A stretch of 64,000 nt of DNA from Myxococcota bacterium. GTDB lineage: Bacteria > Myxococcota_A > UBA796 > UBA2385. Of this stretch, positions 55,444-64,000 are shown in pieces. The position numbers were made by a program, and so were the translations under genes. The notes under the pieces are model-generated. The model searched no databases, was not told the origin of the DNA, and saw nothing but the letters and a program-made list of their open reading frames with translations. Position 1 is the first letter of the stretch; the number at the start of each line of letters is the position of its first letter. The DNA is taken from NCBI GenBank assembly GCA_044344255.1, contig JBIJDH010000004.1, positions 32,001 to 96,000 of the forward strand, read 5' to 3'.

Positions 55444-56847
55444 TCAGCGATCGTCCATCGGCAAGTCCTGCTCTCCCTCGTCGGACGGGAAGTCTCGCGG
55501 ACCGTCGTCGAGGGGCTCGTCCATCCCCGGCGGGCCGTCGTCGATGGGGCCGTTGATGTCCATCGGCGGCGGGAAGTCCTCGTCCGGCCTTCCCATCGGG
55601 CCGTCTTCGTTCGAGGGGCCGCCGCCGGCCTCTCGATCCTCACGCTGCTTCCGCATGCGCTCGCGGCGCTCCCGGATGCGGTCGAGGCGCTTCTGGCGGC
55701 GCTCCTCCGCGCTCATGGTCTCTTCCCCGCCGCCGTCGTCCGCCTCGGCGCCGCCGAGCTGACCGGGTCCGAAGCCCGCGTCCGGCCCGCCGAGGCCGCC
55801 GGGGATGCCCTTCCCCCCTCGCCGCTTGGCGGGGCGCTCTTCGCCATCCAGCTCGTCCGGCTCGATGTTGTTGCGGGTGGTGCCGCCCGCTCGCTCTTCG
55901 CGGCAGTGGGGGGAGCTGAGGGTGCCCGTACAGAGGAGGTGGTAGACGCCCTCTGTGTCCCGCGCCTTGTTCAACATCGGAGCCATGCGGGCCAAGGTGT
56001 CGATCTGTTCTGAGAACTTGAGCTCCATCGTCACCCGGACGCGCCAGCGGGAGAGCTCCCGCGTGGAGAGGGTGATCTCACCGCCGAGACCGACGTCCAC
56101 GAGGTCACTCTTGAAGTGGCCATCCTTGATCTCGGCCTTACCTTGATTGATCTCCATGTTCAGAAAGGACTCGGTGAAGGCGGTGGGGGGCATCTCCAGG
56201 CCCATCAGCGCGCCGCCTTCGAAGGCGAGGTCTTCAAAGTTGAGCTTGAAGTACCCCTTGGACTCCTTGATGTTCGTCGAGTCGATCTCGAAGTCGGCGT
56301 CCACCGACGCGAGGCCGGCCAGCGCGAGGTTCCAGTCTTCGCCCGCGAAGGGTACGGCCGAGAGATCGATGTCCTCGCCGTCGAGCTCGATTCGGCGGGA
56401 CTTCTCACCGATGTCGATCGTCCCGGACAGCCCGCCACCGTACAGATCGGCGTCAAAGATCACGCTGGTCCGTCCACGCATGAGGGCGAAGAGCCCGGCG
56501 CGGACCGAGAGGCTGTCGAGGTGCAGGAAGGGGGAGGCCTTGACCGCCGGGTCTTCCGTTGGCTCCTCGTCCTCCGCCTTCCCCTTCTTCTTCTTGTTTC
56601 TCTTGACCTTCTTGCGGGCCTTCTCCACCTTGTAGAGGGTGGCGTCGGTAAACTCGAGCCCGCTGGGCAGCCAGATCGAGGCGTCACTAGCCTCGAAAGC
56701 CCACTTTCCGTCACCCTCCTCCTGGATCAGGTAGCGGACGCGTTCCAGCGCAGCCTCCGAGGGGAAGTTGACCTTCAAGCCAAGGAAGAAGACGATGAAC
56801 CCGAAGGCCATCACGCCGAGGAAGATGCCGAGGGTCTTCAACATCAC
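55444..56847 (-). CDS. gspN: Type II secretion protein GspN
   Basis: N-terminal TM followed by FP, DLYGG, a beta-rich core and GTLSSP. Last gene of the gsp operon. Confidence 0.8.
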   Translation of the reverse strand: MMLKTLGIFLGVMAFGFIVFFLGLKVNFPSEAALERVRYLIQEEGDGKWAFEASDASIWLPSGLEFTDATLYKVEKARKKVKRNKKKKGKAEDEEPTEDPAVKASPFLHLDSLSVRAGLFALMRGRTSVIFDADLYGGGLSGTIDIGEKSRRIELDGEDIDLSAVPFAGEDWNLALAGLASVDADFEIDSTNIKESKGYFKLNFEDLAFEGGALMGLEMPPTAFTESFLNMEINQGKAEIKDGHFKSDLVDVGLGGEITLSTRELSRWRVRVTMELKFSEQIDTLARMAPMLNKARDTEGVYHLLCTGTLSSPHCREERAGGTTRNNIEPDELDGEERPAKRRGGKGIPGGLGGPDAGFGPGQLGGAEADDGGGEETMSAEERRQKRLDRIRERRERMRKQREDREAGGGPSNEDGPMGRPDEDFPPPMDINGPIDDGPPGMDEPLDDGPRDFPSDEGEQDLPMDDR

Positions 56848-57446
56848 CCCTCCGTGGCGGCGGGGGCCGCTTCAACGAGGCGGAACGCGGAGATGTCCAG
56901 CGTGAGATCGAGCACCTTGCCGTTGGCGCCGGTCTTGGTCTTGGACTTGAAGCTTCGCACTTTGAGTGGGTAGCCGTTTCCCTCGAGCTCGTAGAGGAAG
57001 TTGCCCATCTCCTCCACGGTGAGCTTCGAGAGGGTCACGGCGTACATCTTCTCTTCGAGGTTGCCGTCGATGCTGGAGGACTTCTCCTTGACGGCGTCGA
57101 GTCGGTCACGCACGTTGGTGCGCTCGGCCGCCTGCTCCAGGTAGGTGGAGAGGTCGGTGCCGGCGTTCTTCTGGAGGAGGGTCTCGATCTCCTTCTCCGT
57201 GTCGGCGGTGCTGCCCTGCTCGGCTGCGAGCACCCGGATGAGGCGCAGCGTCTCTTCATGATCGGCGAGGCGGGCGTCGAGGGTGTTCAGGCGACCCTTC
57301 ATCCACCAGCCGCCCCCGCCGAGGAGGCCGACCGTGGCGACCACGACGAGCCCGGCGGCCAACATACGATCCCGCGGGCTCATGTCGGCCAGGGCGTCCT
57401 GGATCCGGCCTTCGAAGGCCTCGAGTGTCTCTTTGAATGAAGCCAT
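56844..57446 (-). CDS. gspM: Type II secretion protein GspM
   Basis: MSPRDR followed by a TM, a coiled coil and a ferredoxin-like C-terminus. Operon position fits. Confidence 0.82.
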   Translation of the reverse strand: MASFKETLEAFEGRIQDALADMSPRDRMLAAGLVVVATVGLLGGGGWWMKGRLNTLDARLADHEETLRLIRVLAAEQGSTADTEKEIETLLQKNAGTDLSTYLEQAAERTNVRDRLDAVKEKSSSIDGNLEEKMYAVTLSKLTVEEMGNFLYELEGNGYPLKVRSFKSKTKTGANGKVLDLTLDISAFRLVEAAPAATEG

Positions 57447-57449
57447 GGC

Positions 57450-59069
57450 CTAACCCTCGCTCGCGTCGCCCTCGGACTCGCCGAGCGGAATGGTGATGGT
57501 GAAGCGCACCTTCTCGCCGGTCTTCTTCTCGTCACCCTTCTGGGCGGACTTGAAGCGGGCGTTCCGCTTCAACGAGCTCTCGATCTTGCCGGCCTGCTCG
57601 AAGCCCTCGGTGTCAGCCTTCATCGTGATCGCGCTGTCGGTGATCGACAGCTCGGACACGTCGATGCTCGCCTCGGCGGGGGGGGGCATGTCGGCCGACA
57701 GGGTGCGGATCGTCGACAAGGTCGGCGGCTCTTGGGAGAGCAGGCTCCCCAGCGCGCCGACCCGCCCGGCCGAGGCCGAGGTCTTCTCCTGCATGATGGC
57801 CATCGCCATCGAGGGATCCTTCAGCTTGGCGGGGTCAGCGTCGGGGAAGGCGGAGAGGACGGTGGCGGCGATCTGGGCGTCGACCGCCTCGAGCGCGCGC
57901 TCGGCCGCGGTGGTCTTCCAAGCGAAGATGCCGGCCCCGACCGCGACGAAGGCGATGGCCGCCACGGCGAGGTAGCGCACGGCTCGGCCGATGGTGGCCA
58001 GGTCGCCCTTGAAGGCAAAGTCGCCGACCCGGAGGTCAAGGGGCTGGCCCTTGCCGGTCGCGGCAGCGACGCCGACGGCGTGCGCGAGGGCGTAGACGCC
58101 GGCCTGGCCGGTGCTGTCGGCCTCCGGCCCGAGGTGCGCGCTCCGCACGGGCACGCCGAGGACCTCACCCAGCCACTCGCGGAGGCCCACCTGCGCCGCG
58201 GCCCCGCCCGTGAGGACGAGCTCATCGATCTCGACGTTGAGGGCGTCTTCGAAGGAGAGCAGCGAGCTCCGCAGGTCGATGACCAGCGGGAGGTGCGCGG
58301 CGGCGAGGACGCGGCCGTCGGGGGCGATGGAGACGGGGTCGGTCCGCTCCTCGACGTGGGCCGCCATCAGCTCGCCCTGGGGCACCTCGAGCGCGGTTCG
58401 GTGCTTGCGGAGCTCGGCCTCGGCGTAGGACAGGCCGAGGGCCTGACCGAGGGCGATGGTGACGTGGTGGCCCCCACGGGGGAAGGAGCGTGTCGCCAGC
58501 ACCTTGCCGTTCCGGCAGAGGGTGATGAGGGTGCGGCTGTGACCCAGGTCGACCACGGCCTGAACCCCCTCGGCGGCGTAGCTCCCGAGCAGGTCTCCAT
58601 CGACCACCAGCAGGCTGGGGTCGACCCCCTCCTCCTTCAAGGCGGCGAGGATGGGGCGCACCCGGTCCCGCTCGGCCAGGGCGACCAGCACCGTGGTGGT
58701 GGTCCCCTCGACGCCGACGATGCGGCTGGCGAGCAGCATGTCCTCGAGGTCAAAGGGCACGAGGTTCTCGACCTCGGCCGAGAGCGTCTTCTCGACGAGC
58801 TTCCGGTCGGCGAAGGGCAGCACCACGGAGCGCACGCTGGCCGCCTCGGTGGGGAAGGTCGCGCCGCTGACCGTGCTCCCGGCCGCCGGTAGCTCTTCGA
58901 GCAGGGTGCGCAGGGCCTCGATGCGCGCCTCGAGGGAGGGCGGCTCTTCGTCCACCTGGGCCACCGCGGCCTGGTGGTAGCCCATGAGCTGATGCCGGCC
59001 GAAGCTGCCCTGAAAGAGGGCGAGCTTCACCGCGTGTGCGCCGAGGTCGATACCGAGGATCCTTGCCAT
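57450..59069 (-). CDS. gspL: GspL (PilM-like actin domain plus TM plus periplasmic domain)
   Basis: ILGIDLGAHAVK, VPFDLED, VDLGHSRT, LTGG. Confidence 0.88.
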   Translation of the reverse strand: MARILGIDLGAHAVKLALFQGSFGRHQLMGYHQAAVAQVDEEPPSLEARIEALRTLLEELPAAGSTVSGATFPTEAASVRSVVLPFADRKLVEKTLSAEVENLVPFDLEDMLLASRIVGVEGTTTTVLVALAERDRVRPILAALKEEGVDPSLLVVDGDLLGSYAAEGVQAVVDLGHSRTLITLCRNGKVLATRSFPRGGHHVTIALGQALGLSYAEAELRKHRTALEVPQGELMAAHVEERTDPVSIAPDGRVLAAAHLPLVIDLRSSLLSFEDALNVEIDELVLTGGAAAQVGLREWLGEVLGVPVRSAHLGPEADSTGQAGVYALAHAVGVAAATGKGQPLDLRVGDFAFKGDLATIGRAVRYLAVAAIAFVAVGAGIFAWKTTAAERALEAVDAQIAATVLSAFPDADPAKLKDPSMAMAIMQEKTSASAGRVGALGSLLSQEPPTLSTIRTLSADMPPPAEASIDVSELSITDSAITMKADTEGFEQAGKIESSLKRNARFKSAQKGDEKKTGEKVRFTITIPLGESEGDASEG

Positions 59070-59089
59070 GATTCGTCCGAGGTGGGGGC

Positions 59090-60376
59090 TTAATCAACCC
59101 GCCAGTACTTGAGGCTGCCTTCGCTGCTGCCGCTGCTGAAGTCCAGCACGGCGTGTACGGTCACGGAGCTCGTGCCGACGAGCCCGGTGGACAGGATGTC
59201 GTAGGTGGCCGAAGAGGTGGTCACGCGCGCGCTGTTACACTCCGTCTCGAGGATGACGCCGCAGGCGTCCGAGGAGGCCTTGAACGCCTTCGCCTTGGTC
59301 CAGCTCCCCCGAGAGATGAGGAACTCCACGGACTCGAGGCACTGTTCGAGCTGGGTGTCCAGAGGGGGCGTAGAAGCGCAGCCGCGCATCACGCTCTTGA
59401 GCACGTCATCGGAGGCCTTGTTCACGTTGATCTTGGCACCCGCACCGTAGACGGTGAGGCTGGCGCCGAAGCGGTCGTAGATCTCGCCCTCCCACCCCGC
59501 CACCTGGTGGATCTCTTCGATGGTGTCAAAGGGGGCGTTCTTCGTGAGGTAGGGCGACTCGAGGGCGTTGTAGAGCGAGTCCTCGTAACCACCGGAGCCG
59601 GCCGATCGGATGGAGTCGCTGTCGACCCAGTCCTTCAGGTTGCCGATGATCTCCCATCGATCGATGTTCCGCTCTTGGAACCACTGATCGTTCTCCTCCC
59701 CGCTCATCAGCGCGTAGAGCTGCTTGGCGGTGGGGGAGTCGTAGATGGTGAGCTGGGTGGCCTCTGTGCCGGTCGCGAAGCCGTTGACGTTGATGCGCGA
59801 CTCGTGATCGTGCACTTCAGCAGAGAAGTCGCCGGGGAAGTCGAGGAAGTTCTTGTCGGAGAACAGCCCGCCCTCGCGGGACTCCTTCGCGACCTCCTCG
59901 GAGACCTGGCCCGTCTGCTTGAAGTCGGCCACGTCCTCCTCGGAGACGTCGCTCGCGCCCTCCGAGCCCATCAACATCCGCAGCAGGCCGGTGTTCAACA
60001 CGGGGACGAGGTCGATGAGGGCATTGCCGATGCTGATGCCCATGGACTCTGCGAAGCTCTGGACCTGGCTGTTCTTTCCGAGCTCCTGGTTCCCGACGAG
60101 GATCAAGCGGTAGATGTTGTAGCCCGAGCGCGCCAGCCAGTAGGCGGCCACGCGGTCCTTCTCGTGGGTGGTCACCATGAAGCGGACCTGCGCCCCGTAG
60201 CTCAGCTCCGTCACGAGGATGGTGAGCAGCATCACGGTGGTGATGACGAGCAGGAGGGCCACGCCGCTGCGACGACCGCGGGCGGGGCGGGTCAGGCGGC
60301 CGGCGCGATGGAGGCTGCGGGGGCGGGTGAGCGCGCGCCAGAGCGCGCCGACCGAGCGGAGGCTGCTGCATCTCAT
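59090..60376 (-). CDS. gspK: Minor pseudopilin GspK
   Basis: RSG|VALLLVI, ESRININ-like SRINVN, DWVDSD, KNAPFDTIEE, KINVNKA. Confidence 0.9.
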   Translation of the reverse strand: MRCSSLRSVGALWRALTRPRSLHRAGRLTRPARGRRSGVALLLVITTVMLLTILVTELSYGAQVRFMVTTHEKDRVAAYWLARSGYNIYRLILVGNQELGKNSQVQSFAESMGISIGNALIDLVPVLNTGLLRMLMGSEGASDVSEEDVADFKQTGQVSEEVAKESREGGLFSDKNFLDFPGDFSAEVHDHESRINVNGFATGTEATQLTIYDSPTAKQLYALMSGEENDQWFQERNIDRWEIIGNLKDWVDSDSIRSAGSGGYEDSLYNALESPYLTKNAPFDTIEEIHQVAGWEGEIYDRFGASLTVYGAGAKINVNKASDDVLKSVMRGCASTPPLDTQLEQCLESVEFLISRGSWTKAKAFKASSDACGVILETECNSARVTTSSATYDILSTGLVGTSSVTVHAVLDFSSGSSEGSLKYWRVD

Positions 60377-61134
60377 TGGGGGATCCCATCGGCGAGGCTC
60401 TTCTTCTGACCCTGGTTGAACAGGCTCTTCTTGATTGGCTTCGCGGTCTCGATGAGGATGGTCTGGAGGTAGGGGTGCTCGATCCACTGCCCCTCGTTGT
60501 CGTCGTCGGGGGTGACGAGCACGAGCAGCACCTGGACGGCCCGCGGGAGGCGCCCGGGGGTCTCGGCGCCGGTGGTGTCCCACTCGTCCTTCCACTCGTT
60601 CTTCTCACCGTCCAGGTAGCGAAGGTCGAAGCGGGCCACGCCGCGGGCGAGCGGGAGGATGGTGCCGTCCTTGTCGGGCTCCTGGTCGATGCGCGGGGCC
60701 TCCCGGTGGAGGAGCACGAGGTGCTGGTCGTCTTCGGGATCGGCCTCCGTCCAGAGCGTGATCTCGGTCTGATCCCCTTCACGGGCGTCGTGGTAGGTGC
60801 GGCGGTGGCTGGTGGTGGCGAACCAGAGCTGGTCGGCCTCGTCGCTGTCCTTGCCCACAAAGAGCGTGCGGTAGGTGTTCACCGCGCTCGTGTTGGTGGT
60901 GAGGAAGGCGAGGGAGATCTCGCGGGACAGTCGCTGGATGGCCACGCGCGCGCTGCGGGAGAGCTCGTCGTTCTCTTCGAGCATGTCGCGCGACTGCACC
61001 GCGCCGGAGAGGGTCTCGAAGGCCAGGGCGGCGATCACGACGAGGATGCCGATCGCGATCATCACCTCGATCAGCGTGAAGCCGCGCCGCGACGAGGCGC
61101 GCCGGGCTGACCGGTGCTGGCGGAGGGCGCTCAT
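60373..61134 (-). CDS. gspJ: Minor pseudopilin GspJ
   Basis: RRG|FTLIEVMIA and W.DEWD..LPRAV. Confidence 0.88.
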   Translation of the reverse strand: MSALRQHRSARRASSRRGFTLIEVMIAIGILVVIAALAFETLSGAVQSRDMLEENDELSRSARVAIQRLSREISLAFLTTNTSAVNTYRTLFVGKDSDEADQLWFATTSHRRTYHDAREGDQTEITLWTEADPEDDQHLVLLHREAPRIDQEPDKDGTILPLARGVARFDLRYLDGEKNEWKDEWDTTGAETPGRLPRAVQVLLVLVTPDDDNEGQWIEHPYLQTILIETAKPIKKSLFNQGQKKSLADGIPQ

Positions 61135-61805
61135 TTGCCGGAGGCCCCGCCGCCGTCTTCCCCGCCGCCCTGCTCTTCGGAGGAGGAGACCATCCCGGTG
61201 GGGTTGATCACATGGTGGACGATCTCCACCTGATCAACCTCCTCGAGGTTCTCTCCCCACCAGACGCGGACCCGCACCTCCCGGAAATAATTGCTCAGAT
61301 ACTCCGTGAGCTGATCGGGGCTGATGAACGAGGACAGATCCGGCGCTCCGCTGAAGTCCGCGTTCTCGGTCTTCTCCTCCGCCCCGAAGTATCCGGAGCC
61401 GCTGAGCTGCTCCGCCATGCCGCCGAGGTCGGGGGGCAGGCTCAGCTCGACCTTCCGGACCGTCCAGGCCCAATGGAAGTCATTGAGCGAGTCTCCGTAC
61501 TCGACCTGCAAGGAGGCGTCACCGCGGAAGTCCTCCTCGCCGAAGTCTTCGAAGTCGCCGTCCTCTTCTTTGTCTTGGTCGGTCCAACCCTCCTTCTCGA
61601 GGGTGATCATGACCTCCTTCAGCTTCTCCTCGGCGAGCATCGCGGCCGTGCCGGTCTTGTCGGCGTCCATCGTGCTCACCACGGCGCTACCCTGAGCGCC
61701 CACGAGCACCATCAGGGCGACCGCGAGGATGCCGAGGGCGATCATCACCTCGAGCAAGGTGAAGGCACGCTGTCGGCGACGCGGGGTCGGGCGAGGGGCC
61801 GTCAT
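61131..61805 (-). CDS. gspI: Minor pseudopilin GspI
   Basis: RA|FTLLEVMIALGILA. Operon position fits. Confidence 0.82.
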   Translation of the reverse strand: MTAPRPTPRRRQRAFTLLEVMIALGILAVALMVLVGAQGSAVVSTMDADKTGTAAMLAEEKLKEVMITLEKEGWTDQDKEEDGDFEDFGEEDFRGDASLQVEYGDSLNDFHWAWTVRKVELSLPPDLGGMAEQLSGSGYFGAEEKTENADFSGAPDLSSFISPDQLTEYLSNYFREVRVRVWWGENLEEVDQVEIVHHVINPTGMVSSSEEQGGGEDGGGASGK

Positions 61806-62641
61806 CGGATGGTCGGCCCCTCGACCGGCAGCCAGGCCATGCTCTGGCCGGGCTCGACGACGTCGTCCTTGAGGCTGACCTTGCCCGAGAGGGGCTCGAC
61901 CTCGATGGTGTAGCCGTCCTCTGGATCGTCCCGATCGACGATGCGCACGACGATGTGCTGCGCCGTGCCGTCAGGGAAGATGTAGGTGTACGCGACACGC
62001 TCGTCGGCGGGGTCCTCGGGGGGCTCTTCGTTCGGGCGGAGGCCCTCGGTGCCATACTCGGGGGTGTAGACCCAGGCGAACATGCAGCCGGAGGGCAGCT
62101 CGTTCTCGGTGGTGAAGGCGGTGTTGTCGGTGAGCCCCTCGAACTGCGTGGGCGCCTCGCTCACCCCGCCGCCGAGGCCAGCCTCCTCGCCTTCGCCCTC
62201 GGCGGCGCCGGCCGCGTCGGCGTCGGGCACCCCCTCGGCGATCTCCCGCTCGGTGTAGCGGGACATGCGGTCTTTCTCGGCCTGCTCGGCCTTCTCGCGC
62301 TCCTCGGGGTTGGAGAAGACGAGGGTGTTCGGATCACCGGCCTCCACCTTCCAGGTGTTGCGGTCGAGGTTGTAGACGACACGGAAGGTGACGTTACGGA
62401 GCGCCGCCTCGTCGATGAGCCAGGTGTAGGTCTGGAGCAGCTCCTTGGCGGCGCCGCGCTGCTGGAGGTCGAGCGCGTTGGAGATGGCGGGGGCCCCGAG
62501 GAGCGCGAGCAGGCCCATGATGGCGATGACGACCATCAGCTCCATCAGCGTGAAGCCCGACCCTCTCCCACGCCGTGGGCCCGGTGCGCCGCGGGGAGCG
62601 GCGACCTCGGGCGACAGACGTCGGGGTGAGCGGGTGTTCAT
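61802..62641 (-). CDS. gspH: Minor pseudopilin GspH
   Basis: SG|FTLMELMVV, FPDG, VEPLSGKV. Confidence 0.82.
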   Translation of the reverse strand: MNTRSPRRLSPEVAAPRGAPGPRRGRGSGFTLMELMVVIAIMGLLALLGAPAISNALDLQQRGAAKELLQTYTWLIDEAALRNVTFRVVYNLDRNTWKVEAGDPNTLVFSNPEEREKAEQAEKDRMSRYTEREIAEGVPDADAAGAAEGEGEEAGLGGGVSEAPTQFEGLTDNTAFTTENELPSGCMFAWVYTPEYGTEGLRPNEEPPEDPADERVAYTYIFPDGTAQHIVVRIVDRDDPEDGYTIEVEPLSGKVSLKDDVVEPGQSMAWLPVEGPTIR

Positions 62642-62667
62642 GTTCGGGCCGGGCTCCCTCAGGTGGC

Positions 62668-63123
62668 CTACTTCTCGTCGCTGTTACCCTTGCCGAGCTC
62701 CCAGGAGTTGATGTCGGCGTCGGTCTCTTCGCCGCCCTCCTGGCCGTCCTTCCCGAGCGAGATGAGCTCGTAGGCCTGCTCGCTGTGGGTGCCGGGGCTG
62801 TAATACTGGAACTCGTTGCCCCAGGTGTCGGTGGGAACTTCGCCGTTCGGGAGCCACTTCTTGGCGGCGGCGAGGCCCTCGCTCGTGGTGGGGTACTTCC
62901 CGCTGTGTTTGGCGGCGTACATCTCGAGGCTGGACTTCACCTTCTGCATCTGCAGCTTGGTGAGGTCGACGTTCGCCTCGTCCTGAGCGCCGAGCATCGT
63001 GCCGGCGACGAGGGCCATCAGCGTGCTCAAGATGGCGATGACGATGATGATCTCGACGAGCGTGAGCCCGCGCCGGGAGCCGGTTCGGCGGGATCCGCGG
63101 GAGCGGAAGAGGGGGCTGGACAT
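62668..63123 (-). CDS. gspG: Major pseudopilin GspG
   Basis: RG|LTLVEIII, YPTTSEGL, DTWGNEFQY, SLGKDG..GGE..ADINSW. Confidence 0.92.
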   Translation of the reverse strand: MSSPLFRSRGSRRTGSRRGLTLVEIIIVIAILSTLMALVAGTMLGAQDEANVDLTKLQMQKVKSSLEMYAAKHSGKYPTTSEGLAAAKKWLPNGEVPTDTWGNEFQYYSPGTHSEQAYELISLGKDGQEGGEETDADINSWELGKGNSDEK

Positions 63124-63208
63124 GGCGGACTCCTTCGGTGAGGGTGTTCTGAGAGAGACACGAAGTCGGATGCGTTTGTTTCAGCGCTGCAGGTGCAGCG
63201 CCGCAGGT

Positions 63209-64000
63209 TCAGTGCTGCAGGTTCTGGGTCATCTGCAGCATCGGCAGCATGATGGCGAGGGCGATGGTGGCCACCATGCCGCCCATGAAGATGATCATCA
63301 CGGGCTCGATGAGGCTGGTGATGCTGCCGAGGATGTTCTCCACCTGCTGGTCGTAGGAGTCTGCGACCTTGGCGAGCATGGGCTCGAGCTCACCGGTCTT
63401 CTCGCCGATGGCGATCATGTGGATGACCAGCGGGGGGAACTGGCCGGACTCCTTGAGGGGGCCGGCGATGCTCTGGCCCTCGCGGATGTTCTTCCCAGCG
63501 CTCTGGATCGCGTCGGAGAGGATGTCGTTCTCGACCACGGTGGCGACGATGCTCACGGCGGTGAGGATGGGCACGCCGCTGTCCAGCAGAGTGGAGAAGG
63601 TGCGGCAGAAGCGGCTCACCGCGACGAGGCGGTTCACCTTGCCGAAGATCGGCATCGAGAGCTTCCAACCGTGCCACTTTCGGCGTCCTGCAGGGGTGAT
63701 GACCCACCGATAGACTCCGTACACGATGGCGGCGGTCACCATGATCATCAGCCACCAGTACCCCTGGATGGCGTCCGATATTCCAAGGGTGATGCGGGTG
63801 ATGAGCGGGAGGGCCGTGCCCATGCTCTCAAAGATACGTCGGATCTTGGGGATCACTCCCACGAACAGACCGACGGTGATGAGTATCGCCACCGTACCCA
63901 TCAGCGCGGGGTACATCATGGCGCTGGTGACCTTGCCGCGGAGGCGAACCTGCGACTCGGTGTAGGTCATCAGGCGCTTGAGCACGAGGTCGAGGGAGCC
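63209..64000 (-). CDS. gspF: GspF inner-membrane platform protein (5' end outside window)
   Basis: AMMYP, LPLIT, RFCRTFSTLLDSGVP, MIAIGEKTGEL, EP. Confidence 0.95.
   Translation of the reverse strand, partial: GSLDLVLKRLMTYTESQVRLRGKVTSAMMYPALMGTVAILITVGLFVGVIPKIRRIFESMGTALPLITRITLGISDAIQGYWWLMIMVTAAIVYGVYRWVITPAGRRKWHGWKLSMPIFGKVNRLVAVSRFCRTFSTLLDSGVPILTAVSIVATVVENDILSDAIQSAGKNIREGQSIAGPLKESGQFPPLVIHMIAIGEKTGELEPMLAKVADSYDQQVENILGSITSLIEPVMIIFMGGMVATIALAIMLPMLQMTQNLQH

Overview
High-GC bacterial DNA (about 70% by eye). The gene content points to a Myxococcota/deltaproteobacterial-type organism (inference): a MopE-type Cys/Asp-repeat lipoprotein, a receiver-J-TPR protein, a Ser/Thr kinase-like protein and a GspN-containing T2SS. 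A roughly 36 kb flagellar cluster, all on the + strand, dominates the window (6872-43044): flhA-fliA-flgFGAHIJMNKL-fliC-fliD-fliS-fliT?-OMP-TPR-flgBC-fliEFGHIJ-motE-fliK-flgD-TIGR02530-flgE-fliLMNOPQR-flhB. It is structurally near-complete but unusual. The window has no motA/motB, flhF/flhG, fliW/csrA, sigma54 activator or che genes. FliM lacks its CheY-binding N-terminus, FlgH lacks a lipobox, FlgJ is fused to an M23 peptidase, and FliK is 886 aa with an 18-bp tandem repeat. The gene order is circularly permuted (flhA first, flhB last). A TIGR02530 gene with an apparent leaderless sigma70-type promoter is followed by a four-hairpin RNA-like leader in front of flgE, a candidate undescribed post-transcriptional control module. 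Left flank: a pseudokinase missing from the ORF track, a GH3-GT2-YyaL-like operon and two small hypothetical genes. Right flank: two lipoproteins, a MobA/MoaB-like fusion, moeA, a LysM lytic transglycosylase, thiE, a pabB-like gene, a pseudo-receiver/J/TPR protein and gspNMLKJIHGF (gspF partial). No rRNA, tRNA, CRISPR array or mobile element was seen.
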